From positions 8,738-72,737 of the forward strand of contig JAVYLC010000002.1 in NCBI GenBank assembly GCA_038741355.1: 64,000 nt of DNA. The letters are read 5' to 3'. The notes below the pieces were generated by a model. It did no database searches and had not been told where the DNA came from. It saw nothing but the letters and a program-made list of their open reading frames with translations. Both the position numbers and the translations under genes were made by a program. Each line of letters starts with the position of its first letter. The first letter of the stretch is position 1. This DNA is from Nitrososphaerota archaeon. Its GTDB lineage: Archaea; Thermoproteota; Nitrososphaeria_A; Caldarchaeales; Calditenuaceae. Positions 9,864-19,373 of the stretch are shown piece after piece.

Positions 9864-10527
9864 GAGGAGGGTGGCCGTCAGCTGGAGTGGTGGAAAAGAC
9901 TCTGCAATGGCATTTCACACACTGGCAAAACAGGTAAATCTACAGGCCGACACCCTACTTACCACGTATAACGAGTCAAACAATAGGGCCAGCATGCATG
10001 GTGTCAGGCTGGAGCTCATAGAGAGGCAGGCTGAGAGTCTGGGGGCCAGGCTCTTAAAAGTCCCCCTACCCCCATATTGCAACAACGAGACGTATTCGGA
10101 GAGGATGAATGCGGCCCTTAAAGCCCTAGAAGCGGAGGGCGTGAAGGAGATAGTCTTCGGCGACATCTTTTTAGAGGATGTACGCAGGTTCAGGGAGGAG
10201 AATCTTGCTAGGGTAAATTTCCGCGGCATCTTCCCGCTCTGGGGTAGAGATACCTGGGAGCTAGCGGGTGAATTTCTTAGACTCGGATTTAAGGCAATCA
10301 TATGTTGCGTTGACACTCAGCAAGCCCCGGCGGACCTAATAGGCCTCGAGTATAGCTGGCAACTCCTAGACAGGCTGCCAAGCGGTGTAGATCCCTGCGG
10401 AGAGAGGGGGGAGTTCCACACATTCGTATACGACGGGCCAATTTTCTCGGAGCCGATACGGGTTGAGAGGGGAGAGACCGTCCTGCGGGAAAACAGGTTT
10501 CTCTTTATAGACCTACTCCCCTACTAA
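9862..10527 (+). CDS. PP-loop ATP-binding domain protein (Dph6 / MJ0570-like)
   Basis: The start was moved to the internal Met at MRRVAVSWSGGKDS, where SGGKDS is the PP-loop. It overlaps the start of the upstream CBS gene by 2 bp. Confidence 0.55.
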   Translation: MRRVAVSWSGGKDSAMAFHTLAKQVNLQADTLLTTYNESNNRASMHGVRLELIERQAESLGARLLKVPLPPYCNNETYSERMNAALKALEAEGVKEIVFGDIFLEDVRRFREENLARVNFRGIFPLWGRDTWELAGEFLRLGFKAIICCVDTQQAPADLIGLEYSWQLLDRLPSGVDPCGERGEFHTFVYDGPIFSEPIRVERGETVLRENRFLFIDLLPY

Positions 10528-10540
10528 GTGTGGATGTGTC

Positions 10541-11095
10541 TTGAGCGTTGAGAGAATAAACTCGGTTCTGAAGGAGATTGAGCGGCGTGTCAATAGTGGA
10601 TACTGGTTTCCCATAATAGGGCCTGTGAAGGGAGAGCTACTCTATGCCTTTACCCTCCTGGCCCGGCCGCTTCGTGTCCTCGAGCTGGGAACGGGTATCG
10701 GATACTCCGGGCTACAGATTGCGCGGGCGCTGAGGCCGGGAGCGAGGATAGTGACAGTAGATGCGGACAAGGAGAACGCGGATGAGGCTCTAGCCAACTT
10801 TAGGAGGGCTGGGGTAGAGGATCTATTAACGGTGGTTGTGGGTGAGGCAGGTAGATTCCTTCAGGGTGACAACTCCCTCTATGATATGATTTTCGTGGAC
10901 ATCGAGAAGTCGCGCTACCTCGACCTGCTGGAAGACTGTATTTCAAGGCTCAGACCAAATGGGATACTAGTCGCTGATAACGTGCTACGGCCAGAGCTCC
11001 GGAAATTTCGTCAGGCCATTGTGACACATCCACAACTAGCCTCTGCAATAATTCATATTGAGGACGGCGTCTCACTGAGCGTTAAGAAGGCCTAA
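10541..11095 (+). CDS. class I SAM-dependent O-methyltransferase (family 3 / CCoAOMT-like)
   Basis: SAM-binding motif VLELGTGIGYSG followed by a DADKEN acidic loop. 184 aa. Confidence 0.7.
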   Translation: MSVERINSVLKEIERRVNSGYWFPIIGPVKGELLYAFTLLARPLRVLELGTGIGYSGLQIARALRPGARIVTVDADKENADEALANFRRAGVEDLLTVVVGEAGRFLQGDNSLYDMIFVDIEKSRYLDLLEDCISRLRPNGILVADNVLRPELRKFRQAIVTHPQLASAIIHIEDGVSLSVKKA

Positions 11096-11974
11096 AACCG
11101 ACTCGATCATAACTGCTAGAAAAAGGATGGCTAGGTAGGGGCTGGTGAACTTGAATAGAATCCAAGCGCTCCTTTGGCTCGGTTTCCGGAGAACCGTTAT
11201 GGAGAGAGCTAAGAGAGAGGCTCCAATTATCGCCGCTGTGGCCAAGTAGGGCCCCCTGAGGAATCTCCCGTCGAATACTGGCAAGAGGAGTGAGGAGATA
11301 AGCAACAATATGACCGTCCCCGCTATGCATCTGATAGCAATCCTCTCAGGGACGACTGTGGGTAGCATCGGTATCCCAGCCCTGATGTAGTCTTCCTTGT
11401 ACTTTAGGGCAAGGCTCCAGACATGGCTTGGAATCCACAGAATCACCAGTAGGCCGAGAATTAACGCGGAGATGTCTATGAAACCGCTTGCGCCGGCGTA
11501 TCCAACTAGGACTGGGGCGGCGCCCGCGGGGCTTCCGAGTATGATGTTCCAGGCCGTCCTTCGCTTCGTCAGGACCACGTAGACTAGGATGTAGTCGAGT
11601 ATTCCTAGAAGCATGGCGAGGAGGGCTGTGAGGTTGAGTAGGAGGGCTGAGATCGCTAGGGAAGCGGATATGAGCACGAGGCCGAGTATCAATGCTTTTT
11701 CAGGTGGTTGAATCAGTCCCCTCGGCAGGGGCCTTCTCCTTGTCCTCTCCATAAGCGCATCTACATCCCTCTCAAGATAGTTTGCTACACTCTCGGCACC
11801 CGCCGATCCACACGCCAAACCCAGGGCCGAGGCCAATAGTGTCACAGGATTTATGGAATCTCTCAAACCTGCGAGATACCCTGCTAGGCCTACAAAGACT
11901 AGGAGCCACCACACATTAGGCTTTGTTAGGCTGAAATATGTGTGGATTGTCTCTGTGATCGTTAGAGTCCTCAA
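11072..11974 (-). CDS. ctaB: protoheme IX farnesyltransferase (heme O synthase), UbiA family
   Basis: 9 TM segments. NYLERDVDALMERTRRRPLPRG matches the CtaB/COX10 pattern N..D..D..M.RT..RP, not the DGGGP-synthase pattern. Confidence 0.7.
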   Translation of the reverse strand: MRTLTITETIHTYFSLTKPNVWWLLVFVGLAGYLAGLRDSINPVTLLASALGLACGSAGAESVANYLERDVDALMERTRRRPLPRGLIQPPEKALILGLVLISASLAISALLLNLTALLAMLLGILDYILVYVVLTKRRTAWNIILGSPAGAAPVLVGYAGASGFIDISALILGLLVILWIPSHVWSLALKYKEDYIRAGIPMLPTVVPERIAIRCIAGTVILLLISSLLLPVFDGRFLRGPYLATAAIIGASLLALSITVLRKPSQRSAWILFKFTSPYLAILFLAVMIESVLGLLNAQ

Positions 11975-12091
11975 TACTTGGGCACCATTGTGATTTAGTG
12001 CTAAGCCACTATTTATCTCGTCTCAATCAACATTTAGTGTAATGCGTCATCATCAAAGTTAAATGCTGCGCGGGGGGCGGTTGTTTTAGAA

Positions 12092-13249
12092 GTGTCACGT
12101 AGTCAAGTCGTAGTTGGTCAAACAGCGAGGCTTTGGGCATCCTTTCTCTGCTATACCATATCCACATCCATGACAGGTCCTCTAATAGGGCTCTATGCTT
12201 ATAGGCTCGGCGCCTCGTCAAGCGAGATTGGAGTGATATATGGCATCGCCGCTCTTACAACCTTTCTCACTAGGCTGCCCTTAGCCTCTCTACAGCAGAG
12301 ACTGGGTTCTAAATCACTAATTAGGGCCGGTGTGATTACCAATTCTACTTCCCTGCTGCTCTATGCGTTCTCACCTTCGATACCTTACATGTATATCGCT
12401 AGTGGGCTCCGAGGAGTTGGCTTCGCAAGTTTTCACCCCCCAGCCCTTTCGGAGGCCGTTAGGCTGTCAGGCAACAACCAGCGGCTTGGATGGGTCATGA
12501 CGGCTCCACCATTAGGGATGACCCTAGGTCCACTTCTATCCTCCACGCTACTGACACTTCTAGGCGCTCGCCTCGAATATAGCCTAACCTACAGCTCCGC
12601 ATTCATGATTGCAACCGCTCTATCCGCGATCGCATTCTTCGCCCCCTCCGGTGGCGATGACACACACGTCGGTCACCCGGCGCGTATGGGCGAACTTTCT
12701 AAGCTCTTGAGCAGGGATATGGTACTGCTGGTCAGCTCGAGGTTCTTGCTCAGCTACGTGGTTGGCGCAGTCACAGCGATGCTTCCAATCTACTTGGTGG
12801 AGAAATCGATTATGTCCGAACCAGAGGTACCTCTGCTTTTTGCATGGGCCTCGATGTTCAATGTTCTTGGAAGGCCGCTCTCATCGCTCCTAAAGTCTCC
12901 AACCCGCGGGATGATGGCGAGCTCTATACTCATCACAGTGGTGGGCATTCTTTTCCTAAGCCCAGCCTTGCCGACACTATTTGCCGGTATGGCCCTCTAT
13001 GGTCTCTCCCTCGGCCTCTTTATACCCTCAAGCCTCCTTGTTGTCCAATCGCTGATAGGGGACTCTTCCCTAACCATGGGGATAGCCATCTTAACCTTAG
13101 CGATCGACATAGGCGCCAGCTCGGGTAGCTTTGGTACAGGCGTCTTGAAAGAGTGGGTCGAGACAGAGTGGATTCTCAGCATCTCCGCGGTTTTAGCCGG
13201 TGTAGGTTCCCTCCTCCTCATGAGGCGATTTATGCCGGATAGGGATTGA
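12092..13249 (+). CDS. MFS transporter
   Basis: 385 aa. About 12 predicted TM segments arranged as two six-helix halves. Confidence 0.65.
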   Translation: MSRSQVVVGQTARLWASFLCYTISTSMTGPLIGLYAYRLGASSSEIGVIYGIAALTTFLTRLPLASLQQRLGSKSLIRAGVITNSTSLLLYAFSPSIPYMYIASGLRGVGFASFHPPALSEAVRLSGNNQRLGWVMTAPPLGMTLGPLLSSTLLTLLGARLEYSLTYSSAFMIATALSAIAFFAPSGGDDTHVGHPARMGELSKLLSRDMVLLVSSRFLLSYVVGAVTAMLPIYLVEKSIMSEPEVPLLFAWASMFNVLGRPLSSLLKSPTRGMMASSILITVVGILFLSPALPTLFAGMALYGLSLGLFIPSSLLVVQSLIGDSSLTMGIAILTLAIDIGASSGSFGTGVLKEWVETEWILSISAVLAGVGSLLLMRRFMPDRD

Positions 13250-13309
13250 GGCTTAATTATACGCTAGACAAAGCTAAAAGCCAGTAACCACTTCGTCTAG
13301 CCTGAGCCC

Positions 13310-13573
13310 TTGGAGCCCGATGAGGTCATATACCTTATACGCATAGTGCTTGCCCTAGCTGTAGGACTCGTTTCAGGAACCTTGCCTATCTACTGGCTTT
13401 ACTCTGTCCTGCTTGGAATCGGAGTTTACGCCCTGTCTATTCCGCTGGTTATAGCGCTATACAGCGGCTCCAGCTTTTTATCTAGGCGGTCTGCTGTGAC
13501 ATCGGGGATGGCTGCCTATGCATTTATCTGGCTTATGGTTTGGGTGCTCTTCTATAATCTCTCATTATTTTAA
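13310..13573 (+). CDS. small membrane protein (2-3 TM)
   Basis: Hydrophobic 87-aa ORF. No recognisable motifs. Confidence 0.3.
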   Translation: MEPDEVIYLIRIVLALAVGLVSGTLPIYWLYSVLLGIGVYALSIPLVIALYSGSSFLSRRSAVTSGMAAYAFIWLMVWVLFYNLSLF

Positions 13574-13956
13574 CTAGCCTCTTGCTGGTTCTCTGACTTC
13601 AGCCGATGTGGCGTCGGGAGATTTTTAATATTCTTCAATATGAATGACCAAACCTCAAAATAGTTGTCAGAACCTAGGTTCAGCAGTTTGAGATGCTGCT
13701 CCAAAGCCTCTAAAACTTCTTTAGCACTTCTCTTGGGGTCTGGATCCATAAAGACGCGATAAATTAGTGAGTCCCGGTCATCAAGCTGGTAAGCGTTAAG
13801 CAGACCACGTAGGGCGTGTATGACGCGCTTTTCCTCAGGGGTCTTAAACTTCTTCTCCATCCTCTCCAAACTCCTCTCGGCCTCGGCGAACCTCCCAGCC
13901 AAGAGAGAGTTCATGAAGTTTAGTATCCCCTTTCCCATATGAGATGTGCTAGCCAT
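13570..13956 (-). CDS. hypothetical alpha-helical protein, co-oriented 8 bp downstream of radA
   Basis: 128-aa ORF 8 bp after the radA stop on the same strand. No recognisable motifs. Confidence 0.4.
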   Translation of the reverse strand: MASTSHMGKGILNFMNSLLAGRFAEAERSLERMEKKFKTPEEKRVIHALRGLLNAYQLDDRDSLIYRVFMDPDPKRSAKEVLEALEQHLKLLNLGSDNYFEVWSFILKNIKNLPTPHRLKSENQQEAS

Positions 13957-13963
13957 CTTCTAT

Positions 13964-14989
13964 CTACCTCGATTTAACCTCAGCCTCCTCGGCGTCCTCT
14001 ATTCCATTCTCTGTGATTTTTATAATTACTTCACCCTCAGGCAGGTGTGGGCTGGAGACAAGCCGCACGATCCTCACATTCTTGCCTGCCGTTTTTCTTA
14101 TGAAGATTCTCATGTGGCTTGTGTGGCCAACTATATGTCCACCGACGGGTGAGACAGCGTTAAATGAGAAGAACTCGTCGGGCCGTGCCATGACCTGGTT
14201 AGTTACGACGGCTGCGAGGTTAAATGCGCGGGAGAGCCTGAGGAGCCGGTGCATGTGTTTGTTCAGCTTTTGCTGACGCTCCGCCAACATCTCTCTTCCG
14301 ATATACTCGCTCCTGAAGTGGGCTGTGAGGGAGTCAATAATTACGAGCTTCACGTTATGCTCCTTGATTATCCTATCTGCCTTCTCGAGTAGCAGTATCT
14401 GGTGGTCGGAGTTGTATGCCTCGGCGTAGATGATCTTCTCAGCAACGCTGTCAAAATCAAGACCCAAGTGTTTAGCCATCTGCTCTATCCGTTCTATCCT
14501 GAATGTGTTTTCGGTGTCGATGTAGAGTGCCGCCCCCTCTAGGCCGCCCCTCTCATAGGGGAGCTGGACATTAACAGCTAACTGATGGCAAATCTGGCTT
14601 TTACCTGAACCAAACTCTCCGAAGAACTCCGTGATGGCCTGGGTCTCAATCCCACCCCCCAGGAGACTATCAAGAGCCCTACTACCAGTTGTGAGGTGTC
14701 TTACGTTGCTTTTGAGAGATGCGAGCTCTTTCGCCGTCACCCAAGATATCTCGATAGACTTTCTGGCCAGGTCTATCAACTCTAAAGCCCTCTTCTCACC
14801 TATACCTGCCGCCTCTAGCTCAGCAACTGTAGCAGTCGCCAAGGCCTCAATAGTGGAGCAGCCTATCTCCCTCAGCCTCTCGACCGTCGCAGGCCCTACA
14901 CCTGGAAGCTCCGAGATGTCACTATACCTCTTCTCCCCCTCCTTCCCCCTCTCCCTCTGAGGCATCCCCAAGTCTAGGCTGGGCTCCAA
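13964..14989 (-). CDS. radA: DNA repair and recombination protein RadA
   Basis: N-terminal HhH region ([17 protein letters not shown]). Walker [10 protein letters not shown]. RecA/Rad51 core. A TATA-like ttataaaaata at 14993-15004 suggests the true start may be the second Met at 14965. Confidence 0.9.
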   Translation of the reverse strand: MEPSLDLGMPQRERGKEGEKRYSDISELPGVGPATVERLREIGCSTIEALATATVAELEAAGIGEKRALELIDLARKSIEISWVTAKELASLKSNVRHLTTGSRALDSLLGGGIETQAITEFFGEFGSGKSQICHQLAVNVQLPYERGGLEGAALYIDTENTFRIERIEQMAKHLGLDFDSVAEKIIYAEAYNSDHQILLLEKADRIIKEHNVKLVIIDSLTAHFRSEYIGREMLAERQQKLNKHMHRLLRLSRAFNLAAVVTNQVMARPDEFFSFNAVSPVGGHIVGHTSHMRIFIRKTAGKNVRIVRLVSSPHLPEGEVIIKITENGIEDAEEAEVKSR

Positions 14990-15178
14990 CCCTTATAAAA
15001 ATAAGTGCCCTGAAAATCCGGCTTAAAACTAGGGATGAAGGGGCAAAATTTTATACCTAAGCCTGTTTAGGAGTGTTTCAGCGCAGAAGGATGTTCGGAT
15101 ATGCGTAGTTGGGAAGGTTTTCAAGCCTAACAATCTAAAGGTTCTTGCGTAAACAAAACCCTCAGCGAATTCTTCAGA

Positions 15179-16317
15179 TTGGTTAAATGGTATCTGAGCT
15201 TTAACCCAAAGTCTAAGGGCTTTCTGCATGTGAACTGTTACAGAGATGCTAAGAAGCGGTTTAACTTGAACACTGCGCTGATTCAGACGGCGAGGGATAA
15301 GGCTATCGAAATCCTGAAGAGCTTCGAGAAGAACAGGAAAGAAGGGGGTGTCCTACGCCTTGAAAGGATATCGATACGCTTCGACAAGAGATGCTACAGC
15401 TTCGCCAAAGCGACAAACGCTCTACCCCGTACTGGCTAACTCTAAGCCTAAACAGAGGGGAAAGGATAAGCCTGCCCATAGCCTTCGGAGAGAGGCAAAT
15501 GCAAATGATTGAGGAAGCTTTCAGAGGAGTAGGAGGTTTTCAACGGTTGAAATGGTCAGATGGAAAGGCGAATGGTACGCCCACTTCACTTTAACAAAGA
15601 CCGTTGAGCTCGTAGATGACTTTGAGACTACAGTGGCTCTAGATAGAGGAGAGGTTAATTTAGCCGTTGCTGTTGCGATCTCAAAGAATAACCTAAGTAA
15701 GCCGATGAGGGGGCAGTTTTGGCGGGGCGAAGAGATTAAGAGGCTTAGAGGTCTCTACGGTCATATTAGAAGGAGGCTTCAAGAGAAGAAGATGATAGGA
15801 ATGGTTAAAAAGCTCAGAGATGGGGAAAGACGCAAAGTCTTACAGCAACTAAACACCATAAGCTAATCAGATAGTAGCCTACGCTAAGCAGTTCCACAAG
15901 CCGGTAATCGTCATGGAAGACCTGAATGGAATATGCAGCAACTTTAAAAAGGGGTAAAAAGCTCAATAAGAGATTCCACAACACACCATTTAGAAGACTC
16001 CAAACTATAGTGGAGTATAAGGCAAACCTCGAAGGAATAGGAGTTGAATACCTGACGAGAAGAGAAACAAAGACACTTCTAAGACATGCCATAAATGCGG
16101 GCATGTTGCCCAAGTAAAGGGAAGAGAGATTAGATGCCCAAAATGGGGGCTTATCTATAATAGGGACTTAAACGCATGCGTGAACATAGCCCATGACTTA
16201 ATGAGAGGTGTGGGATGGAGGAGCTGTGAGCCCCTCAAACCAACAGATGAGGGGATAGGCGTAAAGCCTGCCCCAAACGCTGGAATCTCCCGGCTTAGCC
16301 GAGGAGAAGCTCACTAA
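15179..16317 (+). pseudogene. tnpB: IS200/IS605-family OrfB/TnpB (RNA-guided nuclease ancestor) pseudogene, multiply frameshifted
   Basis: Four consecutive ORF pieces lie in different frames (15179-15439, 15391-15594, 15552-15866, 15926-16117). A fifth frame carries the C-terminal Zn ribbon CHKCGH...CPKWGLIYNRDLNACVNIAHD. No tnpA is present. Confidence 0.7.
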
Positions 16318-16346
16318 ACACTTAACACACTTCCTCTATCCTACAA

Positions 16347-16634
16347 TCACTCTCTAGTGGGTCTACTCCTACTTTCTGGGTCGACGAGTCGGAGACATTT
16401 GTCGAGTGCTATTATCCAGCGTAGGAAAGTGTTGAGCCCAGCCCTCAAGGCCACTAGGTCGTCAGCATCGAGGACTAAATCTAGGGCCCCGTCTTTGAGC
16501 TGGATAGAGGCTCTAATCCTCCTTGAGGGCAGAGAGGACAGCTCTGGCTCTACCGCCTTTAAAATCGTATCCGCATGCGGTGTCTGGACTATTAGCCGAA
16601 GACTAGAGACATGTCCCATGAAAACTCTACCCAT
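16347..16634 (-). CDS. pcc1: KEOPS complex subunit Pcc1-like
   Basis: The C-terminal ASIQLKDGALDLVLDADDLVALRAGLNTFLRWIIAL matches the Pcc1 consensus. The start was trimmed from 16742 to an internal Met. Confidence 0.5.
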   Translation of the reverse strand: MGRVFMGHVSSLRLIVQTPHADTILKAVEPELSSLPSRRIRASIQLKDGALDLVLDADDLVALRAGLNTFLRWIIALDKCLRLVDPESRSRPTRE

Positions 16635-16713
16635 CCACGGTGCCCTGATACTTCCGTTGAGAATATATGTGTTAAAAGATATATATGAGAGATAGCTAAG
16701 ATTACGTCTCGGA

Positions 16714-16950
16714 TTGCCGACCGCATACGTGTTAATCAACACAGAAATAGGAGCCGAGGAGGAGGTCTTAAAGCAGCTGAGGCAGATGCCGCCGGTTAAA
16801 GAGGCATACCTAGTCTACGGCGTCTACGACATCGTGGCCAAGGTAGAGGCAGAGTCGATGGATAAACTCAAGGAGACCGTGTCTTGGAATATTAGACGGC
16901 TGGAGAAGGTCAGGTCAACCCTAACCATGCTCGTTATGTCGCCTGAATGA
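16714..16950 (+). CDS. Lrp/AsnC ligand-binding (RAM) domain-only protein
   Basis: 78 aa. The YLVYGVYDIVAKVEAESMDKLKE pattern resembles a stand-alone AsnC C-terminal domain. Confidence 0.45.
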   Translation: MPTAYVLINTEIGAEEEVLKQLRQMPPVKEAYLVYGVYDIVAKVEAESMDKLKETVSWNIRRLEKVRSTLTMLVMSPE

Positions 16951-18216
16951 CTCAAGCTTCAGAGGCATAGTAAGGTGCCTCCGCGCTGAGACTCGAACCT
17001 CAAATACCCCCTCAGTTATCTTCCTCTCAGCCTCTACATAGAGTGGCTTTAGTCCAGGCCGCTTAATCCCGCACTTCTCACACCTGTAGCCCTTATCCCG
17101 CCCCATGCTCTTCATCCTACGGCCGCAGACGTTACAGGTGGGTGCGGCCTTCGATATTGCCCTAGCCAGCTTAATTATTGCGAGCTTCTCTAGGTTCATT
17201 GTTAAGCCGTAGGGCTTCGGCTTGAGTGCCCCATACGCCAGAACCTCGTCACCAACCACCAATCCCTGGACAACCCTCCTGAAACTACCAGTAGGCTCAT
17301 AGGCTGCAAGCGTCACCTCTCCAGTCCCGTCTCTAATCCTGATGAAAACATGCCCACCGGCTATAACGGTGGGGGGTGAGGAGACTACTCCCCTCACAAC
17401 ATACGATGTATTCGGCTTCATGTCGCAAATTCTTGCTGGTGTGTAGTGCAAGTCGCTTGCTTGGTTTGTCTTGAAGACTATGTGGAAGTCGACCGGCTCG
17501 TAGAACCTTACCATACTCAAGCCCTGCTCCGCGTGCTGTGGGGTTATTGCGCGGACACCAGCCAAGACGGGGCAAGGTGTGTGCGGAGTGATCCTGACCT
17601 CTCCCTTCTCATAGTCGTAGTTATCGAAGGTGTATCGCGAGAGTGCCCTATCCATCTCGATTACGCTCTGCTCGTCGACGAGCCTCTCGCGCCCCCACAT
17701 CTCTGGGACGCGGTATGCGATAGCCTCGAAGGTCTTCAACGAATCTGGGTCTGCTCCCACGGCAGCGGCTGCCCCAACAATGCCCCTACCCTCCTTCAAC
17801 CTAATGTAACGGACACCCAAGTCATCACATCTCTGCACAACCTCCTCGGGCTCGATAATCTCCCGAATAGCCCTCCAGTATAGTTCCCTCAACTTCTCAG
17901 CCTGCTCAGTCCACGCATACACGATACCTGGGTCTGTGCCCTCCGACTCGAGGTCCGCCCACCGCTCAACGGTCGAGACCACTATCTCATCGATCCGGGG
18001 TAGGTCGCTTGTGTTGGCTTGTATCGAGAGGCAGATTGCTGCGTTTCCCCGGGTCTTGTAGGGGCAGTTGGGGTTGAGCCTTACGAGCCAGGGGAGGTCT
18101 GCTGTCCTATACCCGTTCCTCTCCAACTCCTTCAGGGCCTGAACCGCGACGTAGGTTGTGCACATGGTGCGCTTCGAGTCCGTATCGTCGATCCCTATCC
18201 GCAGTTCCCTCCCCAA
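16921..18216 (-). CDS. tiaS: tRNA(Ile2) 2-agmatinylcytidine synthetase TiaS
   Basis: N-terminal LRIGIDDTDSKRTMCTTY and RLNPNCPYKTRGN are TiaS kinase-like domain signatures. C-terminal zinc ribbon CNVCGRR...CEKCG. 431 aa. Confidence 0.85.
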   Translation of the reverse strand: MGRELRIGIDDTDSKRTMCTTYVAVQALKELERNGYRTADLPWLVRLNPNCPYKTRGNAAICLSIQANTSDLPRIDEIVVSTVERWADLESEGTDPGIVYAWTEQAEKLRELYWRAIREIIEPEEVVQRCDDLGVRYIRLKEGRGIVGAAAAVGADPDSLKTFEAIAYRVPEMWGRERLVDEQSVIEMDRALSRYTFDNYDYEKGEVRITPHTPCPVLAGVRAITPQHAEQGLSMVRFYEPVDFHIVFKTNQASDLHYTPARICDMKPNTSYVVRGVVSSPPTVIAGGHVFIRIRDGTGEVTLAAYEPTGSFRRVVQGLVVGDEVLAYGALKPKPYGLTMNLEKLAIIKLARAISKAAPTCNVCGRRMKSMGRDKGYRCEKCGIKRPGLKPLYVEAERKITEGVFEVRVSARRHLTMPLKLESFRRHNEHG

Positions 18217-18275
18217 CCTTCTCCCAAGGCAATCCTTAAGACATCGAGTCTATATGGGTATCTTCTCAGGAAGTC

Positions 18276-19373
18276 TTGAGGTACAGGGCTTTACTAGACG
18301 TTTTTGAGCCCTATGGCTGGGAGCCATCCACGGAGCAGATAGCCTCTAGCTTGGGAATCAAGCCTGGCAGGATTCTTCGGCTGGACCTCAACACCTCTCC
18401 CACACCACCCTCCGCCTCGCTCAAGGCTGCCTCGAAAAAACTCCCAGGAATCAAGATCAACCTCTACCCGAATACGAGTTACACATCCTTGAGGCAGGCC
18501 ATCTCGGACTACACTTCGCACGACCCTGAAGCCATAATCCCGACCAATGGGGCTGACGAGGCAATCGACATAGTGGCTAGGGTTTTTCTGGAGAATGACA
18601 TGACAGCCTTGGCATCAGCGCCTACCTATAGCTACTTCAGAATAGCCTCTGAGCTCCAAGGGGCCAGGTTCATCGGGGTCCCACGCCTAGGGAATCTCCA
18701 AGACGACGTCGACGGTATTCTCTCACGCGTAGACGACAGTACCGGTGTGGTATTCCTCTGCAGCCCCAATAATCCGACCGGCAACATAACCCCGATACGA
18801 GATGTCGAGCGGCTGTGCGCTGAGACAGAGGCCTGCATAGTTGTGGATGAGGCCTACTACGAGTACTGTGGAGTCTCTGTACAGCCACTCCTCCAAAAGT
18901 ACAGCAACCTCATAGCCATCAGGACGCTCTCAAAGGGGTTCGGCTTGGCTGGAGCAAGGATAGGATACATCCTCGCGTGCGAGGAGACTGTGAAGCTGGT
19001 CAATAAGGCAAGGCCGCCTAACAGCCTCGGCACAGTAAATATAGAGATCGCCCACCACGCCCTGACACATCGGAACTACATGTACCGCTCAGTCAAGAAC
19101 GTAGTCAACGAGCGCGAGAGGATGCAAGCTGTCTTATCACGCATGGACGGATTGGAGGTCTACCCCTCACACGCAAACTTCCTCCTCATCCGCTTCACAG
19201 AGTTAGACGCCAACCAAGTCTATGCCGAGCTGTTGAAGAGGGGAATAGTCGTAAGAAACCTCTCCCAGAACCCGCTCACAAAGAACTGTCTCAGAGTCAC
19301 AGTCGGCCTGAGGGGTCAGAATAACAGATTTCTCAACGCCTTGAAATCTATTCTAACACTATTGAGGAGATAA
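18276..19373 (+). CDS. hisC: histidinol-phosphate aminotransferase-like class II aminotransferase
   Basis: PLP-lysine motif LSKGFGLAGARIGY. 365 aa. Confidence 0.7.
   Translation: MRYRALLDVFEPYGWEPSTEQIASSLGIKPGRILRLDLNTSPTPPSASLKAASKKLPGIKINLYPNTSYTSLRQAISDYTSHDPEAIIPTNGADEAIDIVARVFLENDMTALASAPTYSYFRIASELQGARFIGVPRLGNLQDDVDGILSRVDDSTGVVFLCSPNNPTGNITPIRDVERLCAETEACIVVDEAYYEYCGVSVQPLLQKYSNLIAIRTLSKGFGLAGARIGYILACEETVKLVNKARPPNSLGTVNIEIAHHALTHRNYMYRSVKNVVNERERMQAVLSRMDGLEVYPSHANFLLIRFTELDANQVYAELLKRGIVVRNLSQNPLTKNCLRVTVGLRGQNNRFLNALKSILTLLRR

Noticed and set aside
15029-15229. 66-aa minus-strand ORF overlapping the 5' end of the TnpB relic
   Set aside because: It has no coding signal and overlaps a recognisable, though decayed, gene on the other strand.
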